This document shows, in pieces, positions 11,301 through 21,197 of a stretch of 64,000 nt of DNA (within the stretch, counting starts at the first letter, position 1; each line of letters begins with the position of its first letter). The position numbers and the translations under genes are program-made. The notes below the pieces were generated by a model, which was not told where the DNA came from, searched no databases, and worked only from the letters and a program-made list of their open reading frames with translations. This stretch comes from a virus: the IMG/VR virus record IMGVR_UViG_3300027708_000021. The stretch is one strand, 5' to 3'.

Positions 11301-12637
11301 TATCTGTTACTGGTAATGTTTACGGCGCTAATGTTACAACTGTTGGAAATATCAGTGCTACAGGTAATATTGCGACTGGCAATTATTTTGTTGGTAATGG
11401 TTATTATATCACTGGTATTAATCCCGGCAACGTAGCAGTTACTAAAATTGTAAATGGCGGAAGTTATGGTAATATTGCTAGTTCAGACGGCAATTTAGTT
11501 ATTGCTATTGGTGCTACTTCAAATACAGTAGCAACATTCTACGACACTGGTGTTGACTTTGCTGGCAATCTCAGTGTTGCTGGCAATGTTATTGGTGGAA
11601 ACATAACTACAATTGGCCTAGTAACAGCAACAGGAAATGTAACTGGTGGAAATATCTTAACAGGTGGACTTGTTAGTGCTACTGGTGATATCAATACTAG
11701 CGGTAATGTCAGCGCAGTTGGCAATGTAATAGCTGGAAACATTTCAACATCGGGCGCAAGTGGCAATATCACAGGTGCTAACATAGTTAGTGCTGTAACA
11801 TTTACAGCTACTGGCAATGTTTACGCTGTTAATGTGTTTGCTTCTACAGATGTAAGTGCTACTGGTAATGTACTAGCCACTGCTAATATAACAGGCGGCA
11901 ATATTTTAACTGCTAATATTGTTAGTGCTGGCGGTAATATCCAATCTGGCACAACAATGCTTGTTGATACTACTACAGGATCTGTAACACTTGGCGCTAA
12001 CGTAACACTAACAGCAGGCGCAACTCTAGCCATTAACGCTACTGACAGTATGTTAATTCCAGTTGGTACCACAGGCGATCGGCCAGGTACACCAGCTACT
12101 GGTATGTTACGTTACAACAGCACGTTATCATCTTGCGAAATATGGAATGGCGCAGCTTGGGTAGCAGTAGGTGGATCTAGCTATACAGTTATTACAAACG
12201 AGCAATTTAACGGTGACGGCTCAACAGTAGCATTTACTTTAGGATCAAGTCAAACCACTGATAGCTGTATCGTTACTATCAACGGTGTGGTACAAATCCC
12301 AACTACAGCATATTCTGTAAGCGGAATATACCCAACTTGCGTATTAACATTTACTGAAGCTCCAGCAATTAGTGATATAATCGATGTTCGTGAAATTACT
12401 AGTACTTCAACTGTAACAGCTATTTCTAATAGTCCTGGTAATGCTATAGTTTCTGTATCTTCAACAATTGGACAAGTTAATATTGCTGGTAACTTAGTGG
12501 CACAAGTTAACGCTACGGCTCCAAGTTTAACTGGTAATTCAACAATGTCATTCCAGTTAATTAGCAATACAAGTTTAGCTATATTAGTTCGTGGTACAGA
12601 CGGTGTTACAAGAAGCACAACCCTTACACTATCTTAA
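8366..12637 (+). CDS. Long tail-fibre protein (GNxT repeats, COG5301-like domain)
   Basis: GTG start with AGGAG SD; DAATKSYVD..VKAS..RVLIKD..NGIY..LTRATD module; extensive SATGNV repeats. Confidence 0.75.
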   Translation: MPGNLTRINNNQITDAVSGNTQFGINANTKVQPYSITSTLLANNFTYGNNFTITGNLTVQGNSTAIDTTNTTIEDPLLLLASTQAGSPTVDIGFIGQRGSSNNIAFVWDESSSTFVTVFTDSGATDNTVVNILSYADFATANANVTGNLIAGNVSLLGNVTSALNVTGNIAAGNIAAVGLISATGNIATGNFIIGNGYYITGINPGNVAVTKIVNGGSYGNIASSDGNLVIAIGATSNVAATFYDTGVNFGGNISVNGNVTGANFVGNLSGGLGSNLTVNNYVIKGGNYDGITLAMPVGFGANLSSAYEGGVTLAAGAGGTTAGTLLLDSTGNISISGNVYAAGNLSVVGTAITGNIIPSTSNTYSLGNATNVFSSLYLSPDTLYLGTTKVGANTTSNTLTVNNAIAVTYSNGNADITATGNVISGNVNTGNLSLTGNVISALNVTLNATAGNVIAVGNVSAGGNVVAFDAVNAANLSLTGNVISTLNVTGNTNSNNVNTVNDVRATGNVHGANFITGGLITATGNVTAGNIITGGLISATGNVNSANVIASANISATGNISTQDTFVGNALYGNNLTITSTYDGLKFSVTGNINSGNTYITNLINPENPQDAATKSYVDAIANGLQVKASSNTATTGSILATTTQSYTYSNGTAGVGATITFGAVGNVTIDTVLLTSGMRVLIKDEPLVAPTDGTTPSAAYNGIYTVTTAGSPSAALVLTRATDDDTPSEMYSAYTFITSPIIADNSNSGWASTNTPTNPGPITVGTTFYIWSQFSSVAEYTGANGINITGTLITTVYDGNTIGINGSGQLHVPAYALFTTPNIGSATGANLSILGSVIGNIFQANTVSVIGNAQIGNISTGNISLSGNVLTDLNVTTSVYAGNLVTNGNVTAVGNVYGGNISSANIYGTNIGTEQIVFGNATINGLLTSVSTLTTDGNNVTAGGNINASGNVIAGNFQTIGSGGNISGANYIKGNILSVTGNVYGANVTTVGNISATGNIATGNYFVGNGYYITGINPGNVAVTKIVNGGSYGNIASSDGNLVIAIGATSNTVATFYDTGVDFAGNLSVAGNVIGGNITTIGLVTATGNVTGGNILTGGLVSATGDINTSGNVSAVGNVIAGNISTSGASGNITGANIVSAVTFTATGNVYAVNVFASTDVSATGNVLATANITGGNILTANIVSAGGNIQSGTTMLVDTTTGSVTLGANVTLTAGATLAINATDSMLIPVGTTGDRPGTPATGMLRYNSTLSSCEIWNGAAWVAVGGSSYTVITNEQFNGDGSTVAFTLGSSQTTDSCIVTINGVVQIPTTAYSVSGIYPTCVLTFTEAPAISDIIDVREITSTSTVTAISNSPGNAIVSVSSTIGQVNIAGNLVAQVNATAPSLTGNSTMSFQLISNTSLAILVRGTDGVTRSTTLTLS
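8954..9072 (+). repeat. 119-bp exact direct repeat, copy 1 (copy 2 at 11399-11517)
   Basis: ggttattatatcactggtattaatcccggc...gctattggtgctac is identical at both positions, encoding GYYITGINPGNVAVTKIVNGGSYGNIASSDGNLVIAIGAT. Confidence 0.9.
11399..11517 (+). repeat. 119-bp exact direct repeat, copy 2
   Basis: Identical to 8954-9072; flanks are diverged. Confidence 0.9.
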
Positions 12638-12657
12638 AAATTAAGATAAAGTGAGAA

Positions 12658-12685
12658 AACAGGACCCTTGTGGTCCTGTTGTTTT
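12658..12685 (+). terminator. Rho-independent terminator
   Basis: AACAGGACC-cttgt-GGTCCTGTT followed by GTTTT, just upstream of late promoter 12689. Confidence 0.7.
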
Positions 12686-12716
12686 GACTAAATAATACTA
12701 ATATATTGGAAAAACA

Positions 12717-15700
12717 ATGGGCTTAACACGAATCCGCGCAGAGCAAATATCAGACATTGATTATAAACAAGCAGTTAGAGTCATCTCAACTTCTGACGTT
12801 AATTTAACCGGCGGAGCTCCCAGTCAAGTCGACGGTGTATCTCTTAATGTCAAAGATAGAATCCTAGTAACAGGACAAAGTACTGCTAGCCAAAACGGAC
12901 TATATGATGTAACTGTAGTTGGTAGTGGATCAAATGGCACTTGGGTAAGAACGTCAGATTCTAATGCCACTGGTGAAATCAATGCCGGTATGATTGTCAT
13001 GGTTACCGAAGGTAACACCTACGCAGATACCTCCTGGAAATTAATCACAGATGATCCTATTGTAATAGGTATTACAGCATTAACATTCTTACAAAATACT
13101 GGTAATTCTTTCAGTATTATCGATATCGTAGGCAGCGCAAATGTTGTAGCCAATGCTGTAAGTAGTACAGTATCATTTGCCAGTGGAAACAATTTTTCAA
13201 TTACCGGCAATGCTGCGGCCGACACAATCACATTCAATGTCGTTCAGAATCCAAGTTTCACTGGTAATGTCTACGGCGGCAATCTACTAACTGCTGGTTT
13301 AATAAGTGCCACTGGCAATGCTATAGTTGGTAATTTATCAGCAACAGGTAATATCGCTGGCAATTACTTTATTGGTAACGGAGCATTTTTAACAGGTATA
13401 TCAGGTGGTAACAGTGGTGGTAGTGGCAGTAATATTTCTAATGGCACAAGTAATATAACAGTAGTAGGCGCCAACGATAATATCACGGTGGGTGTAAGTG
13501 GAGTGGGCAATGTTGTAGTATTTGCCCCTACAGGAGAATATGTTACTGGTTTAATAAGTGCTACAGGCAACGTTACTGGTAATTACATCTTAGGCAACGG
13601 TAGTCAATTAACTAATACAAGCATTTCGGTCAGTAATTGGTATACTGGTAATGTAATATCGAATAGTATTTCCAATATAGAATTTTTAAGATTTAATGCT
13701 AACTCAGGTATTTCAGTCAGTGACCTGGGCAATAATTCTGCATTGGTTACTCTAGGTAGCTCATTTAAAACTTGGGAAGTAGCTGGCCAAGCTAACTTAG
13801 TTGCTGTTGGCGAAGATGTTGTTCAATTTGTAGCTGGTAATAATATTGTTATCACTACTAATGCTAATGTTATACCACAACAAATTTCTTTTGCAGTTAA
13901 TAGTAATTTAACTGGAATAAGTGTAAGTGTAACAGGCAATGTTACCGGTGGCAATTTACTGACAGGTGGATTAATTTCAGCTACTGGAAATATCTATGGA
14001 ACAAATTTTATTGGTAACCTAAGTAATGGTAATAGTAAAATTAGCGTGGCCAACAATGGCAATGTCACAGTTGGAATAGGACCGTTTGATACAACTTATG
14101 TAACCATTGCCCCGGCGTTGCTCAGTGTAACTGGTAACATTATTGCCAGCGGCAACATAACTGTTGTTGGTAATATCTCAGCTAATAATAGTATAATTAC
14201 TGGATTTGAATCAGTAACTGGCAATGTTTATGGTGGTAATATATTAACAGCTGGGTTAATTTCAGCAACATCAACTATAACAAGTGCTGCTAATATTAGC
14301 GGCGGTAATATATTGACAGCTGGATTAATTTCAGCAACATCGACTATAACAAGTGCTGCTAATATTAGCGGTGGTAATATATTAACAGCTGGATTAATTT
14401 CAGCAACATCGACTATAACAAGTGCCGCTAATATTAGCGGTGGTAATATATTAACAGCTGGACAGTTAAGTGCGGTGGGCAACGCGATAGCTGGCAATCT
14501 AGCAACAGCAGGCATAGTAACAGCAACTGGTAATGTTATTGCCGGTAATATCTTAACTGGCGGGCTAGCATCGATAACTGGAAATATTACAACTGCCGGC
14601 AATATTAATACAGCTAATATATATGGAGCTACGGGCGTAACTATTGCTACAGGCGGTAATAATAATATTAATTTATATCCAGGCGGTACTGGTAATATTG
14701 TATTACCATCTGGTAATGCCACTTATATTAATAATTTACCGCTAACCCCGGTACAAGATAACGATGCGGCATCCAAATATTATGTTGATATATTAGCGTC
14801 ATCGGGTCTTGCGTATCATACGCCAGTTTATGTGGCCACCACAACAACTTTGGCTACAACTACCGGTGGCACAATTACATACGCTCAGCCTAACGGAGCT
14901 GGCAACGGTATTGGAGCAACAATTACTACAACTGGGTCGTTTAATTTAATCGATACCGGTAATGTACAAACTGTAGGTACCCGCATCTTAGTTAAAGACG
15001 AAGCTAATGCTGTTCTTAACGGAATATACACTTGGTCCAATGCTACTGCGATTGTTCGTAGTACTGACGCAGATGAATATGGTCCAGATAGTGCTAATGC
15101 TTTAAGTCTTAATGATTATTTCTTTACAACTAACGGTAATGTCAACATTGGTACCGCATTTATTGTTAATGCGCCACCTGGTGTCATTACTTTTGGCACA
15201 AGCAACATTACCTTTGCGACATTTAGTACAAATCAAACTTATACCAGCGGCAACGGTATCAGTATTGCTGGTACTGTAATTAACGCTAGAGTCGATAATG
15301 TTACAACAGCATTTGATCTTGGCGGCAATATTAGTGTAAAAGCCGGTGCTAATTTAACGACTCCAAATATTGGCGCTGCCACTGGTACAAGTTTAAGTGC
15401 TACTGGAGCATTACAAGCTGGAACAACGATCAGTGCCGCTGGTAATGTCACTGGCGGTAATATATTAACAGGTGGATTAGTAAGTGCTACCGGCAATGTT
15501 ACTGGTAATTATATACTAGGTAACGGAGCATTATTAACTGGTGTTACTACATCAAGTAATACGATATTCAACGCTAATAGTAATGTAGCAATAGCCACAG
15601 CCAATGCCAATGTCACAGTATCAGTAAGCACGGTAGGTAACGTGGTAGTTATAACTCCAACTGGATTGAGTGTCACAGGTACAATAACTTCTACTGGCAA

Positions 15701-18320
15701 CGCAACAGCCGGTAATATTCTAACTGCTGGATTAATGTCAAGTACTGGCAATGCTATTCATGGTAATATTTTAACTGCTGGACTAATAACAGCTACAGGC
15801 AATATTACTGGTGGTAATATTCTAACTACTGGATTAATGTCAAGTACTGGCAATGCTATTCATGGTAATATTTTAACTGCTGGACTAGTAAGTGCTACTG
15901 GCAACGCAACAGCCGGTAATATTCTAACTACTGGATTAATTTCTGCTACTTCAACTATAATAAGTGCCGCTAATATTAGTGGTGGTAATATTTCAACAGC
16001 TGGACTAATAACAGCTACAGGCAATGTTACTGGTGGAAATATATTAACTGCTGGATTAATCTCAGCTACAGGTAATGCCACTAGCGGTAATATTTCAACA
16101 GCCGGACTAATAACAGCTACAGGCAATGTTACTGGTGGCAATTTATTAACTGGTGGCAATATCACTGCTACTGGTAATGTAACAGCATTAGGGTTTGTAT
16201 CCACGGGCGGTACTGGCGTAATTTCTGGCACTGGTAATGTTATTGCTGGAAATATTTTAACAGGTGGAGTAGTTTCAGCCACCGGTAATGTAACCGGTAA
16301 CTACTTTATTGGTAATGGCAGTCAATTAACTGGAGTTGCTGCGTCAAGTGTTAACGCTAACGCTTTGGTTGGTACAACATTAAGTTCAAATGTATTGATT
16401 AGTAGTCTAACAGCCGTTGGCACATTGTCTATATTAAGTGTAGCAGGTAATACAACTAGTGGAAATTTATTAACTCCTGGACTACTAAGTGCTACTGGTA
16501 ATCTTACTGGTAATTATATCCTGGGTAACGGAGCATTTTTAACTGGGGTCTCTACATCATACAATACGATATATAACGGCAATAGTAATGTAACAATAGA
16601 TAGTGCTAATGCTAATATTACTTTGGCAGTAAGCACAGTAGGAAATGTGGCAGTATTTACTACAACTGGATTGAGTGTTACAGGTACTGTAACTTCTAAT
16701 GGTAATATCACTGGCGGTAATATAACAACAGCTGGACTACTTAGTGCTACTGGCAATGTCATTGGCGGTAATATAACAACAGCTGGATTAATCAGTGCTA
16801 CTGGTAATGCTCAAGCAGGTAATATATTAACAGCTGGATTAATTTCAGCGACCTCAACAATTACAAGTGCTGCTAATATTAGTGGTGGCAATATACTAAC
16901 GACTGGATTGATCAGTGCTACTGGTAATATAATTTCTCCAGACTTTATTGGTAATCTAAGCAATGGTAATAGTAAAATTAGTGTGGCTACTGACGGTAAT
17001 GTTACAGTCGGCCTAGGCGCAAATAATACAACATATCTAACTGTTTCTCCAGGATTACTTAGTGTAACTGGTAATATTAAAGCTAGTGGTTTTGTCAGTG
17101 CTGTTGGTAACGTCATTGGTAATTACTTTGTTGGTAATGGTAGCCAATTAACTGGAATTATAGCCAGTGCTGGAGCGGCTATTACTAATGGTAATAGTAA
17201 TGTAACTGTAAATGAGAATGGTAATGTAACAGTAGGAGTCACTGGAGTCAGCAATGTTCTAGTTATATCACCAGACGTAGTAAGTGCTACTGGAAATCTT
17301 GCTGGTAATTATATACTGGGTAACGGAGCATTATTAACGGGCGTTACTACATCAAGCAGTACCATATTCAACGGCAATAGTAATGTAGCAATAGCCACAG
17401 CTAACGCAAATATCACAGTATCAGTAAGCACAGTAGGTAATGTAGCAGTATTCACTCCAACTGGATTAAGCGTTACAGGCAATGTATATGGTAATTTATT
17501 TGTATCTTCAGGTAGCGGCGGTGGAATATCTGCTCCAGGTAATATCGTTGGCGGAAACCTCATTACAGCCGGTAATGTTACAGGTAATTATTTTATAGGT
17601 GACGGTAGTCAATTAACGGGTATTGTTTCCACAGCGGCAAATCTTAGTAATGGTTTAAGTAACGTTACTATAGCTAGTGCCAATGCCAATGTTACAGTTT
17701 CAGTAAGCGGTACTGGTAATATTGCGGTGTTCACTCCATCCAGTATCAATATCACTGGCAATATTACCGCAACTGGTAATATAGTAGCTGGTGGTGTTAG
17801 ATCTACTTCCAGTGCTAGTGCCCCAACAAATCCTACTACTGGCGATTTCTGGTATGATACCAGCACTAATACACAGTATAGATTTACCTTTGACGGTACT
17901 AATTATTACTGGATAGATGATTTTGGTGCTACTGCTGCAACACAGCCGTTGTTCACAGGGCCGGTGTTATTTAACGATGTTTCGACCCAGACCAACGGCC
18001 AAAAAGGTGTATTTGCCCTGAAAAATAATCAGGCCAATGTTGCTGGCGTGGCTAATAGTAAACAGTTACAAGTTGTTTTAAACGGGGCAGTACAAACCCC
18101 ATTTGTCAAGACTTGGGTATGGCCTTTCTGGTGTGTAGATGTTAGTTTTAAAGGATTTAAAGTAACTACTCTAGGATATAGTGCTACAGCTAATTCCGTA
18201 GTTCTTTATAGACCTCCTGCCAAAGGAACTCAAGTGAGCATAACTCAGGTAAATACAGCTACAGATTCGCAGTTGTTAAGATACCCATATTCAGCAACTA
18301 CTATAGCGATTTCAGATTAA
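12717..18320 (+). CDS. Giant tail-fibre protein with two COG5301-like domains and GNIxTAGLISAT repeats
   Basis: DYKQAVRV..VDGV..DRILV..QNGLY domain at N-terminus; second DAASKYYVD..RILVKDE..NGIY domain; 17- and 23-aa repeats. Confidence 0.75.
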   Translation: MGLTRIRAEQISDIDYKQAVRVISTSDVNLTGGAPSQVDGVSLNVKDRILVTGQSTASQNGLYDVTVVGSGSNGTWVRTSDSNATGEINAGMIVMVTEGNTYADTSWKLITDDPIVIGITALTFLQNTGNSFSIIDIVGSANVVANAVSSTVSFASGNNFSITGNAAADTITFNVVQNPSFTGNVYGGNLLTAGLISATGNAIVGNLSATGNIAGNYFIGNGAFLTGISGGNSGGSGSNISNGTSNITVVGANDNITVGVSGVGNVVVFAPTGEYVTGLISATGNVTGNYILGNGSQLTNTSISVSNWYTGNVISNSISNIEFLRFNANSGISVSDLGNNSALVTLGSSFKTWEVAGQANLVAVGEDVVQFVAGNNIVITTNANVIPQQISFAVNSNLTGISVSVTGNVTGGNLLTGGLISATGNIYGTNFIGNLSNGNSKISVANNGNVTVGIGPFDTTYVTIAPALLSVTGNIIASGNITVVGNISANNSIITGFESVTGNVYGGNILTAGLISATSTITSAANISGGNILTAGLISATSTITSAANISGGNILTAGLISATSTITSAANISGGNILTAGQLSAVGNAIAGNLATAGIVTATGNVIAGNILTGGLASITGNITTAGNINTANIYGATGVTIATGGNNNINLYPGGTGNIVLPSGNATYINNLPLTPVQDNDAASKYYVDILASSGLAYHTPVYVATTTTLATTTGGTITYAQPNGAGNGIGATITTTGSFNLIDTGNVQTVGTRILVKDEANAVLNGIYTWSNATAIVRSTDADEYGPDSANALSLNDYFFTTNGNVNIGTAFIVNAPPGVITFGTSNITFATFSTNQTYTSGNGISIAGTVINARVDNVTTAFDLGGNISVKAGANLTTPNIGAATGTSLSATGALQAGTTISAAGNVTGGNILTGGLVSATGNVTGNYILGNGALLTGVTTSSNTIFNANSNVAIATANANVTVSVSTVGNVVVITPTGLSVTGTITSTGNATAGNILTAGLMSSTGNAIHGNILTAGLITATGNITGGNILTTGLMSSTGNAIHGNILTAGLVSATGNATAGNILTTGLISATSTIISAANISGGNISTAGLITATGNVTGGNILTAGLISATGNATSGNISTAGLITATGNVTGGNLLTGGNITATGNVTALGFVSTGGTGVISGTGNVIAGNILTGGVVSATGNVTGNYFIGNGSQLTGVAASSVNANALVGTTLSSNVLISSLTAVGTLSILSVAGNTTSGNLLTPGLLSATGNLTGNYILGNGAFLTGVSTSYNTIYNGNSNVTIDSANANITLAVSTVGNVAVFTTTGLSVTGTVTSNGNITGGNITTAGLLSATGNVIGGNITTAGLISATGNAQAGNILTAGLISATSTITSAANISGGNILTTGLISATGNIISPDFIGNLSNGNSKISVATDGNVTVGLGANNTTYLTVSPGLLSVTGNIKASGFVSAVGNVIGNYFVGNGSQLTGIIASAGAAITNGNSNVTVNENGNVTVGVTGVSNVLVISPDVVSATGNLAGNYILGNGALLTGVTTSSSTIFNGNSNVAIATANANITVSVSTVGNVAVFTPTGLSVTGNVYGNLFVSSGSGGGISAPGNIVGGNLITAGNVTGNYFIGDGSQLTGIVSTAANLSNGLSNVTIASANANVTVSVSGTGNIAVFTPSSINITGNITATGNIVAGGVRSTSSASAPTNPTTGDFWYDTSTNTQYRFTFDGTNYYWIDDFGATAATQPLFTGPVLFNDVSTQTNGQKGVFALKNNQANVAGVANSKQLQVVLNGAVQTPFVKTWVWPFWCVDVSFKGFKVTTLGYSATANSVVLYRPPAKGTQVSITQVNTATDSQLLRYPYSATTIAISD
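14232..14462 (+). repeat. 69-nt tandem repeat (GGNILTAGLISATSTITSAANIS), about 3.3 copies
   Basis: Units start at 14232, 14301, 14370 and 14439 (partial); near-identical DNA. Confidence 0.9.
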
Positions 18321-18329
18321 GGAAAAAAG

Positions 18330-21188
18330 ATGCGACATGTAATTATAGAAAACTACACATTTACCCCAAGTTCCAATCAGGTATTTGTAAACGGAAAAAA
18401 TCTCCGCCCCGAACAACTATTGCTAATCACAGATGTGACAGCAGGCGTAGTACTTTATAATTTTAGCGATCCTAGTCTAGGATATACAAATATTAATAAT
18501 CAGGTATCTAATGTAAGTGGATTAGAAACTACTACTGTTACTTTAGCATATAACTGCTCAGGCCTCAGCTCAACTGATAAAATCTCTATCCTGTACGAAG
18601 AATCTTACGATTTAATCACCCCAAATGAAACCATGCGCGATCCTGTGGATAAATTGCGTGTATCAAACCCACAGGGTTTGATTGACACTGACTTTGAATA
18701 TGGTACACAGCCAGGTAAATGGGAAAATCTTTGTTTATTAAATAATCGTCCTAGTATGTTCTATAACATACAAAATCCTATTAGCAATACAGCAACTAAC
18801 CTAAGCTTCTGGGCTAATGGTGGTAATTCTCAAGGAAGCTCATATACATTAACCAATGTGGCAGCTAGTGGAAATACTGTAACAGTCAGTTTGAATAATA
18901 CCACAGGTATAGCCAACGGCACACCAATTTTTATCCAAGGTACGCTTGACATGGGTAATGCTGATGGTTTCTATCTAGCTAACAGCGTAGTAGCCAATAC
19001 AAGTTTTACTTATACTACAACTGGTACCCCAGCCACTACACTATTCATTCCTAATAGAACCTATCTTTTTCCAGGTTATTGGTTTAGTGGATCAGCTATT
19101 CCAGCAGGAACTAATGCTATTGTATTAAACGGAACTATAGCTACAGTTACTACAACTAACGATCATGGATTACGAGTTGGCAATGGTATATACATTACTG
19201 GCGGCTCGGGTCAGACTGGGCAAGTCAATGGTTCATGGATAGTAGCAAGCACTCCAACTAACAATACATTTACATTTGCTTGTACAGCTACAGGTACAAC
19301 TACTCTCGCGTTAAATGCTTCGATATACCCGCGTCAATTGGGTTATGTGGAAAGTCGTCCACAACTTGGTGGAATAGCATTTAGTAATCAGACAGCGGCA
19401 CATGGTTATCAGACCATTCGCGCGACTCGTCGTAATTTTAGATATCAGTCTGGTAAAGGTATTCAGTTCTCGACTGGTAGTAGTATGAAACCAATTATCT
19501 ATGTTAATAGTATAACTAGTAGTGGTACTACCTGTACAGTAAGCACATTATTCCCACATGGATTAAATCCAGGCGCCCAAGTATTAATAGCAGGTGCTAC
19601 ACAAACTGCTTATAACGGAACATTCACTGTTGTTACTGCTGCATCGCCTAGTACTTTTACATATACAGCATTGACCGCACCAAGTGCTAGTCCAGCCACA
19701 GGTTCAATAACAGCCAATCCATACAGCTGGTATGGTGCTAAAAATCGTATAGGCATGTTTACCGAACAAAATGGCATGTTCTTTGAATTCGATGGTCAAA
19801 CATTATACGCAGTTCGAAGATCAGCTTCTACTTATGCTTCTGGAACTATAGCAGTAAGTACCGGCAGTCAAACTGTAACAGGAACTAATACTTTATTCAG
19901 CAGTCAGCTAACACCAGGGCAAAGTGTTGTAATTGCTGGTCAGACTTATTTTGTACAACAGATTACTAGTAATACAACAATGTATATCTATCCTGAATAT
20001 CGCGGCGCAAACAATATTACCAGCGATTTCCTCTCACTAGTAGTTGATACAAAATATCCGCAATCACAATGGAACATTGATCCATGTAACGGGACAGGTG
20101 CTAGTTTGTTCAATTTAGATTTGACTAAAATGCAAATGTTCTACATGGACTATAGCTGGTACGGCGCCGGCGCTATCCGTTTTGGATTTAAGAATAATCG
20201 CGGCGAAGTTATCTACTGCCATCGTGTGCCAAACAACAACTTAAATCAGGTAGCATTCTTGCGTTCTGGTAACTTGCCAGGTAGATATGAAACTAATACT
20301 CAGCCACCCATAACAACGTTAGCAGCTACATTAGCTAACTCGGCTACTACCGGAGCTAGTATTTCAGTAGCCAACGTATCAGGATTCCCAAGTTCAGGAA
20401 CTGTGGTATTGACTCAAGCGGCAGCTACAGCAGCAGCTATTGAGTATATTTCATATAGTGCCGTAGTTGGAAATACATTTACTATTACCAGTCGTGCCCA
20501 AACGGGCGGCAATGGTACAGCGCAGACATTTACATATTCAGCTACTGCTCCTATTAAAGTTGAGCTATATAGTCCGCAGGCAAGTAGTACTATCAATCAC
20601 TGGGGTACTAGTGTGATTATTGACGGCGGACAATCTGACGACAATCAATATGTATTCAGTGCTGGTATGGCAACTACCTTGACCAATCAAGCGGGTAATG
20701 TGCGTAGTGCTCTACTGAGTATGCGACTAGCACCAAGTACTGATAGTGGTACTACTGGAATATTGGGTGTTAGAGAAATTATCACTCGTATGCAGGTACA
20801 GCCAGTTCAAATTGACGCTTATACAACAGGTAACACTTCCTTCCGTATTGACTTGGTATTGAACGGTGTGCCAAGTGGTGGAACATTTACTCCAGTGGGC
20901 GGATCTAGTTTGACCCAGTTGAGTCTGCATGCTGCTAACACCACTGTATTTGGCGGCGAAACTATATACAGCTTCTTTACCAGTCCAAACAGCGCGACAT
21001 CACAACCTTTGAACCAGATTAGAGATATTGGAACTAGTATATTGAGTGGTGGTACTACATACAACGTTCCAACAAACCCTACTAATTTGTATCCTGATGG
21101 ACCTGATATTTTAACTGTTTGTGCTACCCCGTTGAATGGTACAAATTCAGTTAATGCTCGTTTTAGTTGGACTGAGAACCAGTCTTAA
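18330..21188 (+). CDS. Virion structural protein of T4-like phages
   Basis: DKLRVSNPQGLIDTDFEYG, RNFRYQSGKG and DYSWYGAG motifs; repeated HGL..G..V.I.G...NG beta modules. Confidence 0.65.
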   Translation: MRHVIIENYTFTPSSNQVFVNGKNLRPEQLLLITDVTAGVVLYNFSDPSLGYTNINNQVSNVSGLETTTVTLAYNCSGLSSTDKISILYEESYDLITPNETMRDPVDKLRVSNPQGLIDTDFEYGTQPGKWENLCLLNNRPSMFYNIQNPISNTATNLSFWANGGNSQGSSYTLTNVAASGNTVTVSLNNTTGIANGTPIFIQGTLDMGNADGFYLANSVVANTSFTYTTTGTPATTLFIPNRTYLFPGYWFSGSAIPAGTNAIVLNGTIATVTTTNDHGLRVGNGIYITGGSGQTGQVNGSWIVASTPTNNTFTFACTATGTTTLALNASIYPRQLGYVESRPQLGGIAFSNQTAAHGYQTIRATRRNFRYQSGKGIQFSTGSSMKPIIYVNSITSSGTTCTVSTLFPHGLNPGAQVLIAGATQTAYNGTFTVVTAASPSTFTYTALTAPSASPATGSITANPYSWYGAKNRIGMFTEQNGMFFEFDGQTLYAVRRSASTYASGTIAVSTGSQTVTGTNTLFSSQLTPGQSVVIAGQTYFVQQITSNTTMYIYPEYRGANNITSDFLSLVVDTKYPQSQWNIDPCNGTGASLFNLDLTKMQMFYMDYSWYGAGAIRFGFKNNRGEVIYCHRVPNNNLNQVAFLRSGNLPGRYETNTQPPITTLAATLANSATTGASISVANVSGFPSSGTVVLTQAAATAAAIEYISYSAVVGNTFTITSRAQTGGNGTAQTFTYSATAPIKVELYSPQASSTINHWGTSVIIDGGQSDDNQYVFSAGMATTLTNQAGNVRSALLSMRLAPSTDSGTTGILGVREIITRMQVQPVQIDAYTTGNTSFRIDLVLNGVPSGGTFTPVGGSSLTQLSLHAANTTVFGGETIYSFFTSPNSATSQPLNQIRDIGTSILSGGTTYNVPTNPTNLYPDGPDILTVCATPLNGTNSVNARFSWTENQS

Positions 21189-21197
21189 TCTACTGAT

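Noticed and set aside
8954-11517. Repeat pair as template and variable regions of a diversity-generating retroelement
   Set aside because: Copies are identical rather than differing at adenines, both are internal and in frame, and no reverse transcriptase is present in the window
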